A stretch of DNA of 64,000 nucleotides from Geosiphon pyriformis uo1 (taxonomy: Eukaryota > Fungi > Glomeromycota). The first letter of the stretch is position 1. Each line of letters begins with the position of its first letter. Made by a program: the position numbers and the translations under genes. Below the pieces are notes generated by a model, which saw only the letters and a list, made by a program, of their open reading frames with translations, was not told the DNA's origin and did no database searches. The stretch is taken from contig JAAOMT010000591.1 of NCBI GenBank assembly GCA_016748015.1, positions 853,050 to 917,049 on the forward strand, in the 5' to 3' direction. Below are positions 12,879 to 25,000 of the stretch, one piece after another.

Positions 12879-14595
12879 CCATGTTTTTTCTTGCTCATTT
12901 GATTTTGCTGCTTGTGCTTAGTTACTGAACACCCATATAATTAATTAAATAATGCTTTCTGGTCTTTTTCACTCTTCTTTATATGTGCTACAGTTGTTGT
13001 CTTTTTGTATTTCTAATATTACAATATGTATGGTTCTGTATAAGAGTTTTGTTTTTAATAATTGGTACTAGAAATCTTTTTCTGTTTTCAAGAATTCTAA
13101 GATTGTAAGCCAGAAAATTGTGAACTTTGTGCACAAATTTTGTTTTGTATTCCAAGATAAAGTCTGGTTGGTCTATGTTAAATACTGGGCTTTTATGAAA
13201 AAAAATAGCTTGATCCTGTATGATGAATCTATTCTGGTCTCAATAGTTGGGCTTTCTTTAGTGCTTTTGGCTGGTATGATTAAATTGTTAAGTATTGCTG
13301 AAGCTTTTGGTGTTGGTTTCAAACTATGTAACCCTTATTTGTTTTTTTTGAATATAGATAATTTGGTTTCAGTTTATATAGGTGCTTAGTGTTATCTTAA
13401 TTAACTTGAATAACTGGTTATATGTAGAAAATACATAATTCATATCTAGTTTAGATTATTTATATATAATATATTATACTAAACAGTATTTGAACCTTAT
13501 TTATTAAATATTAATAATAATAAAAATTAGATATGAATTACATGTTTACTATATATAATCAGGTTTAATATTATAATTGGTTTTTAAGTTATTTAATTAT
13601 AATTAGTAAAATTACAAATTATAATAGTTAAATTTTAAATTTATAATAGTTAAATTATTTGTTTTAATATTAAATTACAAGTATTATGTTATTTTTAGCT
13701 TTTTTAAATTAGATATAATTTACATATTTTTTACATATAATTAAATATATAAACACAATTAAAAATAAATATTAAATTTAATAAAAAAAATCTATTAATT
13801 TTTTAAAAAAATTCAGTTTAATTTAAATAAAATAAAATAAACATATTTTTATTTTTAATAAATTATATTTAATAATAATATTTATAATAAATTAATGTTT
13901 ATTTTTTGTTTTAAAAATGTTTATTTTAAATTTTTACTTTTATTATTAATATTAAAATTAATATTAATTATTATAAACTTTTTAAATATTTGCTTAAAGT
14001 CAGTTTTTATATTATTATAACATAAAAAATAATTGTTTTGCTACTTAAAAATAAAAACTTGTTTTAAAAAAATCAGAATTCTTAAATTTTTATTTATTTT
14101 TTTAGCTTTTAAGTAAAATTATTTTTGATAAAATTATATTTAATTACCACTAATAATAATAACTAATTTTTAAATAAATAAATAAATAAATTTTTTATAA
14201 AATATTAAAAAAAATCAGAAATAATAAAATAAAATAAAAATATTTTTTTAAAAAAGTATTTATAATTTTATCTAATTTTTTTTTATTAAAATATTAATAA
14301 TATTTACAAATTTTTTTAATTAATAAAAATTAAAAACCAAAAATAAGTAAAAAAAAAACTTTTATTTAATTAATTTAATATTATAAAAATTTTTAATTAT
14401 GTAATTAATATTTATATATTTATATTATATTATTAATTTTTAAATAAGTTTTTTATAATATAATTAAGCTAAATTTTTGATATTTATAAGTTTTATATAT
14501 TATATATATATTTTTTATCTATTTAATATTAAAATATTTTATATATATTTGTAAATTTTACTTTTTAAATTAAAATAATATTGGTTTAATTATAT

Positions 14596-15294
14596 TGTTA
14601 CAGTTGAAACTCATAGTTTTTATTAGTTATCACATGTATTAGCCACTGATGTCATATAATTAGCCATCCTATTTTTAAATAGTGATCATTGACCTGATCA
14701 ATGACCTAACTATTGACCTGATTATTGACCTGATCATTGACTTGATTAATGACCTGGTCATTGACCACTTTAAATAGATATATAAGTGATAAGTTTTTTA
14801 ACTGTAAAAAATTATCAATGTAAGGAATCAAGACAATTAAAGAAATAAAATAACAAATTTCCATCTCAAACATTTTCTTATCACTAATTTTCCTTTTCCT
14901 ATCTTCAAGTATCTGAACATTTTTTGGATAAAAAATTACTTGTTGGCACTTTCCTGAAACATGTAATTACAGTATTTGAAGATTATTTGAATAAACATGA
15001 CTGAAGAGCACAAGTTGATATCTGATATTGAATTCTAAGAGTGCCGACATAAGACATAGAATTATACCAGTGGTTATCAATTGTTGACAGTACAGACTAT
15101 TCCTCTACCTTCAGATTCCCTTGTTATCTTTTGAAAAGAATAGTGACTGAGATATTTTATAAGACTAATCTCATATATTGAATCCATACTCATTTAATTC
15201 ATTCATTGAAGTTGAATTTTCTTTGATTATTTCTATCACTCTACAATCCTGTTCTTCCTTGCTATCCGTTAGCTTGTTACTCCAATCTGTAACA
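14596..15294 (+). repeat. 5' LTR of element B (12-bp CATTGACCTGAT tandem upstream of TATA)
   Basis: Direct repeat of 31446-32144. Confidence 0.95.
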
Positions 15295-15300
15295 TAAAAG

Positions 15301-15317
15301 TGGTGCTCTCTGTGAGG
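15301..15317 (+). promoter_or_regulatory. Primer-binding site of element B (TGGTGCTCTCTGTGAGG)
   Basis: 6 nt after the LTR; complementary to a tRNA 3' end CCUCACAGAGAGCACCA (elongator Met or Ile-UAU type). Confidence 0.8.
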
Positions 15318-15347
15318 TTGTCAAAATTCACTTATTTCCTCATTGTA

Positions 15348-18300
15348 TGGATGATTATTCATATTTGTTATAACAATCAGAAGAACACTTTGCAGCACAC
15401 AACAGAAATGACCTAGAGTTTATTGAATTCAATTTTCTGCCCTCCTGCTTGATCTGTTTCCCTGTTAAAGAACAATCCAGTAGACAATTCCAAGACTTTT
15501 GGAACTGATTTCTGAATGAGCATTCAGCTGAAATCTACACAGCTTATATCATTTATTACTTTGATCAAGCTTATTTTGAAGACAATTTTGAAGAAAAAAA
15601 TACCAGCATCAATCAGCTTTTATACTCCACAACCTTTAAACAACAGCTCCCTAATTTCGAATATCTGAATTACCAAATCCATATTTGGATTGCTGCTCAC
15701 CAACTAGCTGAAAACCCCTTTGAAACAGAAGAAGAAAGTTACCAAACTGCCCCTATTTTTGATATTTTCTCAAGTGAATCAGAGCACTCCACACAAACAG
15801 TAATTCCTGAACCAATAGCCCAAGATCCAATACAAGCAAACATCCTGGCTGCTCTCTAAGATATACAAACTGCCTTGGAGTGAAAAAACAACACTCCACT
15901 ACTATTATTTAGAGGTAATACACAAGATCTAATTGAATAGTTGGATGACTTTGAGAGAGCTGCTACAGCTAACCAATATGATGATGAGTACAAGTTTCAA
16001 ATTGTTGGTGGCTATCTTCAAGACTCTTCTGCCACCTGGTTCTCACAGGAAACTGATGCCAATGCCCATTAAAAAATTATTAGATAGATGTCAGCAAATG
16101 CTGAAGAAAACAACACCTCTTTCACAACCTGGTTTGAAAACAAGTTCAGAACCCCAATTTTGATATCCAAGTGGCACATGGAATTGGAAAGAAGAACTCA
16201 AGGTTTAGGAGAAGTAGTAACTGAATATGCCAAAACAATCAGAAAGTTAATCAAACAAGTGGACTCTGGAAGAAACTGGACAGAAGAACAAAAGATTTAT
16301 TCCTTTACAAAAGGATTGAGAACTGACTTATTCTATGCTCTTTGGTCTCTCTTGGCTCTAAAAGATAATTCTACAATGAACATGGCCATTGAACTTGCCC
16401 AAAAAATTGAAGACAACCAAAGAATGCATTTGGGATCCACACTTCCAGTTTTTGCTCCTGCTCCTGTTATGGCTCCTGCTCCCCAAATGGCTGCTACTTC
16501 TTTTGCTGCCCAAACTCAAGACCCAAATGAACAGTTGATAGATAAACTCACAGCAAATTTTGCTTGGCTATTAGAATCATTAGTCCAAGCAGTCAGAAAT
16601 AACCAGCAACCTCAAAGACCCAGATTTAAGCCATGCTTCAATCAGCCTCAGCAACCACTTTATCAAAGACAACAAAATTGTGGCCCACCTATGTGTTATC
16701 ACTGTAGATTAACTGAACATTTTTTAAGAGATTACAACAATTCTCCCTTACCCCCTTTAGCTCCCAGAAACAATGACAATTAAAACAATAGACCCATCAA
16801 CAATAATGCTCCCAATCAAAGACCCAACCATGCCAACATCAATTTCTTTGAAGAGGATTCTCTAGTTAAAGCCACTGTTTATCAACCTTTAAACTGGTAG
16901 GCACACCTCCAAAGAGTAAGAGTACAAGCCAACCAGAAGAAAACCTCTTTTATGCTTTTAACTTAACTGATGATGACCATAACATAAATGAATTAGCAAT
17001 TAACACCACAGAATCAACAAGGAAGAAGAAAAAAGCCAAGGTTGATTTTGTTTTGGATCCAAACAAACCATTCACATCAACTGCTGATAATAATGAGCCA
17101 CCAAAGGCTAAAGTTTTTAAGAATCCTCCAAAGCTAGAATCTTCAGAAATAGTACAAAAATCTGGACCTTATTCTGTTGTTAAAAATCTCATGGAAATCC
17201 CAGCACATATTATCTTTGGCCAGCTGATAACTCATCTACAGTTTAGAAAAGATCTTCGCAAATCTCTAATTCCCAAGAAGAAAATACCAAAAACCAACAA
17301 ATGCCTTCATCAAGCTGAACTTGCTGATAACAGCAATATTATCCCTTTAATTTGCAAAGTCCAAGTGGCTGGTTATTTTATCAACTTGATCCTAAACAGT
17401 GGATCATCTGTAAGTGTCATTGTCAAACATTTTTTAGAAGCAATTGACAGAAAAATTGACGAACCTTCCACCAGACCTATGACCAATGTACATGGCAATA
17501 AAAAGAAAGATCTTGGTATTGCCAAAGCTATTTCTGTCCGCATCAATGGCATCAGCATTGAAACTGATATGGAGGTTTCTGAAGCAAAGGAATACACCAT
17601 TATTGTTGGCAATGAGTGGCTTAAGAAAGCAAAAGTCTTACTTGACTATGAACTGTGTGAATTAACCATCAGATGTGGTAAAAAGCCCATAGTGGTTAAA
17701 TGCTGCCATTGGACAACTCCCCCAGCAAACAAACAGAATCAAAAAGAAGAACAATCAGATGATGAAGAGAGTGATGAAAAAAAAAAACAAGAAGAACAAG
17801 AAGAAACAGTTAAACTCGCATATACTACCTTTACCAGCAATGGCAAGCCACTAGACAATGTCAAAGCTGACAAAAAAAAAATCATTGTGAATGGCAAGCT
17901 GATCTGCTGGTTCTACTATGATATCTTTAAAAGAATCTTTGACCAAAAACCTGGCAAGAAAGCCAAGTACCGTTATTGGTGGCATGGTTCTTGTGCCCGG
18001 TGCTGGTGCAACCAACCCTTGTATTCTCCAAGTAATGAATCCAAATCATGCCTGATCTATTACAAAGATTGGAAACCAATCAGTTTAATACCTAGAAAAG
18101 AATTGAAAGAAGTCCAAAAGTTTTTTGAAAATGAACTACTTGAGATCCAATCACTAGTTGTAGAACAAAGAAAACTCTCTCTAGAAGAAAAAAAATAGAC
18201 ATTGAAAATCTGCTGACTAGAAACAGCCCAGTTATCTCAAAAGAAGGTGATACCCCTGGACAAACTCATGTGATACAACACACTATCACCACCAAAGAAA

Positions 18301-20276
18301 CTCACCCCATCTATCTAAAGCCATATCAATCCAATTGCCACAATGATGAGTTCATCAAAAAATAAATAAAACGAATGAAGGATCTTGGATTCATACAAGA
18401 AACCAAGAATAAATAGGCTTTCTCAGTTGTAATGGTATCCAAGAAAGATGGAACCCTGTGCTTCTGTGTTGATTATCACCAATTAAATACCATTACTGAA
18501 AGAGACATGTACTTACTTTCCAAAATTGATGCAATGCTAGATCAATTCAAGAGTGCTGTTTTTTTCTCAACTATTGATCTAACTGCTGGATTTTGGCAAG
18601 TAGAGATGGATCCAAAAAGTCGGAAGAAAACCACCTTTATAATCAAGTATGACACCTATGAATTCATAGTCATGTCTTTTGGTCTCACCAATGCTCCTCC
18701 CACCTTTCAATGCTTAATGAACAAAGTATTTGAATCAGTGAAAGAAAATTTTGTTCTGGTTTATTTGGATAACATAATGGTGTACTCAAAAACCTGAAAT
18801 AAACATCTTGAACATTTGCAAAAGGTTTTTGACCTCCTTAGAAATGCTGGCCTTAAGATAAACCCAATCAAATCTTTCTTTGGATGACAATCAACCCAAT
18901 TTCTTGGCTATCTTATTACAAAGGATGGAATCTTTTCTGACCCAGCCAAGGTTGAAAAAGTCCAAAACATTAGACAACTAATGAATGTTCATGAACTGCA
19001 CTCTTTCCTTGGTTTGGCTTCTTATTATTGGAAATTTGTTAAGAATTTTTTCAAAATCGCCTCTCCACTTAATTAGCTACTTAGAAAAAATGTCAATTAC
19101 CACTGGGGTACACATCAACAAAAAGCATTTGAAACCCTCAAAGAAAAATTGGTTACAAAACCTATTCTCAAGCAACCTGATCTGGATCAACCTTTTATTC
19201 TTCATACTGATACATCTGGTTATAGACTTGGTGCTATTCTGTTACAAAGAACATACAATAGCATATGCTAGTAGAACCCTTACACTAGCAGAACAGAACT
19301 ATTCAGTTACTAAGCAGAAATGCTTAGCAGTAGTCTGGGCTACCAGTTACTGAGATAAGTATCTCCTGGGGGTAAAGTTTTTGGTGGTAACAGATTACCA
19401 AGCTTTGGTTTGATTACACAACAAAAAGAAGCTGGAACATAAAAAAATAACTCGCTGAATACTCTACTTGGATAAATTTGACTATGATATTTAACATCAC
19501 AAAGGAGCACATCATCAAAATGCCGACACTTTTTCTAGACTTACCATCCAGTGACAGTACAACTACCTTAAACCAAACTAACTTAATTATTAGTAATTTT
19601 CTCACAACCAAACACAATAATGGACTTGGACAACTACTCTGTCTTAATGGAATTTTTGGGTAAAGAACAATACCCACCAGAATACAATCGACAACAAAGA
19701 AAACATTTGCACAAACAATCAAATTTCTATTTGATCTGCCAGAACCAACTATACAAAAGAAACAAAAAAGATCCTGACCATTCCCAGAGAGTCATAAGAT
19801 TTGAAAAAAGTGAAATTGTGATCTATAACATGCACACTGATCTATTAGCTAGACACTTTGGAAAAACAAAAACAATTCAGAAAACTCTAGCTTATTATTA
19901 TTGGCTTACCTTGAAAAAAGACATTGCTGAGTACATCAAAACTTGTGATACCTGTCAAAAAAAAGAAAAACCCAATTGCAAAGAAGACATCCATCCAATC
20001 TCTGTTGGCCAACTCTTTAACAGAATTGGTATAGATGTTGTTGGACCATTAACAGTAACTCCTAATGGCAACAAATATATTATCACAGCTACTAACTATC
20101 TTACAAAGTGGATAGAAGCAAGAGCCACCTCAGATTAAATAGCAGTTTCCATTGCTAATTTCATTTATGAAAATATCATTTATCATCATGGCTGCTCCAA
20201 AAAACTTTTATTTGATAGAAGAAGAGCTTTTCTCAGTACACTGGTTGAAGAACTTTGTAAAAAAATGGGAATACAT
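15348..20276 (+). pseudogene. Element B gag-pol (gag, zinc knuckle, protease, RT, RNase H, integrase N-half)
   Basis: CYHCRLTEHFLRDY knuckle; LILNSGSS protease; FCVDYHQLN and VYLDNI RT motifs; IAYASRTL RNase H; H..H..CDTCQ and IGIDVVGP integrase. Confidence 0.92.
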
Positions 20277-21257
20277 TGTTATCAGAAGTTTTTGGTCTCT
20301 TTTCTTAAATGTTGTTTATGTCTGTTTGCTGTGAATTCACATTTTCTGGATGTGGTTGAACCTTCAGTAACTGAATTTATCTTCAAATTATCTTCTATAA
20401 TTTGAACTGCTGGACTTATAGTGAAATGGCCAATTCCATGTCAGTTACTTTATGTAGTTATGTTGTAGTAAACGTCAACTTTTTCCCAGGAATTGCTCAT
20501 CTGAAAGCTTACTAAAAATGTGTAGTTACTTTGCTGTGAAAGTCAACTCTTCTACAGGAATCTCATTTGTAGGCTACCCTAATGATTGTAATAAGAAAAA
20601 ATAAAAAAAAATAAAAAAAATATAAAAGAAATAGGATTTTATCAAGGGAAACGTTTTTTATCCAGGCCTGAAGTCACTAACAGTTTACTGAAATTGGTAG
20701 CTAATCAATTTCGAAATGTTAATTGGGTTTTGAGGATTTTCCAAGTGCAATAATTAAAAAATTTTGGTTTTTCAAATTTATTTGATATTTATTTTTTTTG
20801 TGTGTATAGGAATAGTTCTAAGTGATAAATCTAAAGTAAAATATATTTTCTTGAAGAGAGAAGCTCTTCTTTTATACAACTTGTTGTAACACTATTCCAT
20901 GAACTTGAACTTTGCTCTTTTCTATAATTTTGCTAAACTAAAGATACATTTTAGTAAACTACAAATTATTTCTGCAAACTATTAGATATTTCGGTGAACT
21001 ATCAATTATTTTGGCAAATTTCTACAAATTTTGGCGAACTTTTGAATGTTACATAATTTGAAGTATTGCATAATTGATTATTACACTTAGGTTACATTTA
21101 TGTTATATACAAATTGAGTTATTAATTAAATGATAATTTTGGATATTTTTGCTAATGTAATAAGTAATAATTTGGAATGATAATATATGCTAATTAATAA
21201 TAAGAATTATAAGGGTAATTTCATGCTAAACAGTATTTTTAATTTTGTCTGGTAATA
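20277..21257 (-). repeat. 3' LTR of element C
   Basis: Direct repeat of 29136-30117; adjacent polypurine tract on the minus strand. Confidence 0.95.
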
Positions 21258-21291
21258 TAACCTCCTCCTCAAGACTGAGCTCTATTGAAGT

Positions 21292-21948
21292 CTAAGTACT
21301 GTCTGTAATTTCCAGATAGTAATCCAAGATTATTGAAGAAATTTGGTCTGAAAATTGTTGAAATTTCAGTTCTATGAGCTTTCCGATATATTGAATCTTC
21401 AAGGGTTAAAAAATCGGGTTTTGTAAGACGTTTTCACAGATGTGAAATAAGTCATAAAGTCTAAGAGCTGCTCTAAGTTTGTAGTGACTGTTTATTGGTC
21501 CAGCTGTTGTCTTAAATTCGTTATAAAGTTGTTTCTGAATAGCTTTTTTTGTGAGATTGGTTGTTATGAGTTCCAGTTTTCATTTGTGAAGTGTTTTTTT
21601 AATGTGAAAATATCTATAGATTGGGGGATATTTGCTGTTATCTTCATTAAGGCAAAATTGAAGTTTTTGTTGGACTGTGGCATTTGGTGAAATGTCAATA
21701 GGCATGAGCAACAAATTTTCTCTCAAAGCAAGCTTCAAAAGTTCTGGTAGGTGAATTCCAGAATAACTTTTAGTGTTCTTTTTATAAGAGTGATAATTTC
21801 ATGATTTTGGGGATAAAGTTGTGACTGTTTCTGTTTGAGTATAATTAATATGTTTTTTTGTAATAGTAATAGATAATTCAGGTATTGTTTTTAAAGCTAA
21901 CATTAGTTTTTGGAATAATTGTTGAATGTTTTGTGGAATAGTTATTAT
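21292..21948 (-). pseudogene. ORF3 of element C (about 220 codons, unknown function)
   Basis: Manual translation is open apart from three transition-type stops; similar to ORF3 of B. Confidence 0.7.
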
Positions 21949-22054
21949 AATGATTTTTAAGAAACTAAAATTTTCCTAAGTGAAATTATTTTTTGGGTAT
22001 GTGGATTTTTATGTTATTTTTGTAGGATTGTTTCTGAATTTTTTTTTATAGTGA

Positions 22055-25000
22055 TTAAGTGTTCAAGTTGGGCTGTTGTTCAATGACAACTATTGGTTCC
22101 AAGTTTTGGAGAATATCTTCGAAATTAACTAAAAGAGAATGTGTACCAATCTGTGAAATTGATGGTTCAGGATGTGTTCTGGAGTAATAATGTTTCAATC
22201 GATCTCTATGTGCAACTTTTGCTAGAATTTTGTCATTAAGTCTTAACTTATATGATCTATTTCTTAAGATTTCGTGAATGAAGAATGATCTATTCCATTT
22301 ATGTTCAAATTTTCCACTCCATTGTTTTTCAGCTTTAGTTCTGTGTAAGAGAACTTTGTTTCCAACTTTAAATTCATTGGTGACTGGTGGTAATTTGTTG
22401 TCATGCCATTCTTTTTGTTGAGCTTGGGAGTGTTCAATATGAGTGGCTGCTATTTATTGTTTTCTTTCCAATGTGCTGAGAAGGGTGTAGACTTTTTATT
22501 GAAGTGTTTCCTGAAAGTTTTCTTTGTTAATTGGTTGCATTGGATATGGTTTCACAGTGAAATTAATTGGTAATGTTGCTGTTCTTCCGTAGGTTAAGTC
22601 AAATAGTGTGTGTTTTGTGGTATCTTGTTTTAGTGTTCTATATGCTAATAACACTGATGGAATAAAAATATCCTATTCCTGTTCAAAATTGGTTGACACT
22701 TTGGCTAATAATTCACACAATGTCCTATTGAAATGTTCTACAAGTCCATTTGTTTGTGGATGGTAGGGTGAAGACAAAGGTCTTTTGACATTGAATTATT
22801 CACAAATTTCTTGGATTAGATTGTTCATGAAATGTGTTCCTTGGTCAGACAAAAGTTCAATTAGACAATCATGTCTACAGATAATGTTTTTGTAAATAAA
22901 TTTTGCTATTGATTTTGCATCTGCTTATTGAATAGCTCTGGCCTCAGGCCATTTAGTGAGATAGTCTACAGCTACTGCAATATAACAGTTTCCTTGATTT
23001 GTAATAAGTAGTGGTCCGACTAAATTGATACCAACTTAGTCAAAAGGTTGTCCAACTTTGATTGGATTTAAAAGTTCTGTAGGGCAAGTTCCTCCTCTTT
23101 TTTGACAACTATTACAAGATTCGACATATTCATGAATGTTTTTTCTCATTCGAGGCCAAAAGTAGTGTTCTAATGTTCTTTGGGTGGTGCTATCTTTTCC
23201 TAAATATGCTGATGAAGGGTCCGAGTGCATGTTGTATAAGATAGTTTCCTTTTTATGTTCTTGTATTAATCTGAGTGGTTTGTCTGGATTTCGGAAGTTT
23301 CAATAATAAATAATGTTATTGTGTAGAAAATATTGTTTGGCTTGTTGTTGTAATCAATGTTTTTCCTCTCAAGACCAATCTATTGGGATTGTTAAAGTCT
23401 CTAAATATTGTTTGATATTGTTGTAGTTTTTAGGATTTATTGTTTGGTGGCTGTTTCTGTTGTTTGGATTGAGTGTTAGTTTATTTTTCTAATCTTGTCT
23501 CATTCTTGAGAGACAGTCGACATTGGTGTGGAGTTTTCTTGGTTTGTGGTGTACTATATATCAATAGTTTGCTAGAAATTCTATCCATTAGGTTAGTTTT
23601 GTATTGAGTTGGGTGTTTTTGTTTTGTAATCATTTGAGTCCAATATTATCAGTAATAATATCAAATTTTTTAGGTCTGAGATAAAGGTTGAAGTGATGTA
23701 GGGCCCAAATTACAGCTGCTGTTTCTAGTTTTGTGGCAAGGTAATTTTTCTTGGCTGGTTTCAATGTTCTGCTAGCATAAGCAATTATTTACTTATTTCT
23801 GTTGTCATCTAATTGTGATAAAATGGCACCAAAGGCAGTATAAAAAGCATCTGTGGCTAATCGAAATCGGTTACTGAAGTCTGAGTAGGCAAGAATTGGA
23901 GCTGTTGTCAGTTTTTCTTTAAAAATTTCAAAAGCTTTTTGGTGTTCTGTAGTCCATTTGTATTTAATGTTTTTGGTGGTGAGCTGGTTAAGGGGTTTTG
24001 CAATTTCCGAGAATCTTTTGATAAACTTCCAATAGTAGAATGCTAATTCGATGAATCCTCTTAGTTTAGTGGTATTTTGAGGGGTTTTGAAATTTTTGAC
24101 AGTGCTTATTTTTCCTGGATCAGGTTTGATTCCATCTTTACTAACAATGTGACCAAGAAAAGCCAAACTTGTTTTTCCAAAGTAGCATTTTTCGATGTTT
24201 AGTTTCAATCCTGCTTTTTGTAATCATTGAAAAACTTCTTGCAGGTGTTTTAAGTGTAATTCAAAAGATGGCAAATAAACATCAGTATCATTGAGATAGA
24301 CAACTATGGATTTCCAAAGAAGGCCTTTGTAAACAACATCCATGAGTCTTTAGAATGTTGCTGGTGCATTGCACAGTCCGAAAAGCATTACATTAAACTT
24401 GTAATTTCCTCCTTAAGTAGTAAAAGCTGTCTTGGGGTGATCTTTGGGGTCCATAATGACTTGCCAGTATCCGCTTTCTAAATCTAGTGTTGAAAAGTAT
24501 TTGGATTTTCCAAGAGCATCTAACATGTCATCGATTCGAGGAAAAGGGTAGGCATCTCCAATGATGACACTGTTGAGTTGTTAATAATCAACACAAAATT
24601 GTATCTTTCCATTTTTCTTTTTAACTAAAACCACAGGTGAGGCCCATGGACTTATTGATGGTTGAATAAGCTCATTGTTAAGCATCTGTTGTTCTTCTCG
24701 GATAAATTGGTGACTTTCTGGAGCAACTCGGTAGGCTTGTTGTCGTCTTGGTTTGGCATTTCTTGTATAGATTTGGTGTTGAACCAAATTGGTTCTTCCT
24801 AAGTCATTGTTGTTTTTAGCAAAGATATCAGCAAATTCTGCAATTAGCTCTTTGAGCTGGTTCTGTTGTTGTGGTTCAAGTTGTTCCATGTTGATTCGAG
24901 ATAGTTTTTCTATGACAACATAGTAGTTTTCAGAACTGGGATTTGGGTTGATTTTTGGTAGTAAATGTTTAATGATTTCTGAGAAATTGGAAACTGTCTA

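Larger units (their letters stand above)
3713..13508 (+). mobile_element. LINE-1 copy (ORF1 3' end, ORF2 APE-RT-RNaseH-Zn finger, 3' UTR), degenerate, interrupted by four internal insertions
   Basis: Colinear with LINE copies at 32.3, 52.2 and 59 kb; APE motifs, FVDD RT motif near 10177, VYTDGSL RNase H, WHKVK; ORF2 stop at 13389. Confidence 0.92.

Noticed and set aside
14687-14767. TGACCT nuclear-receptor response elements
   Set aside because: Fungi lack nuclear receptors; treated only as a U3 tandem array
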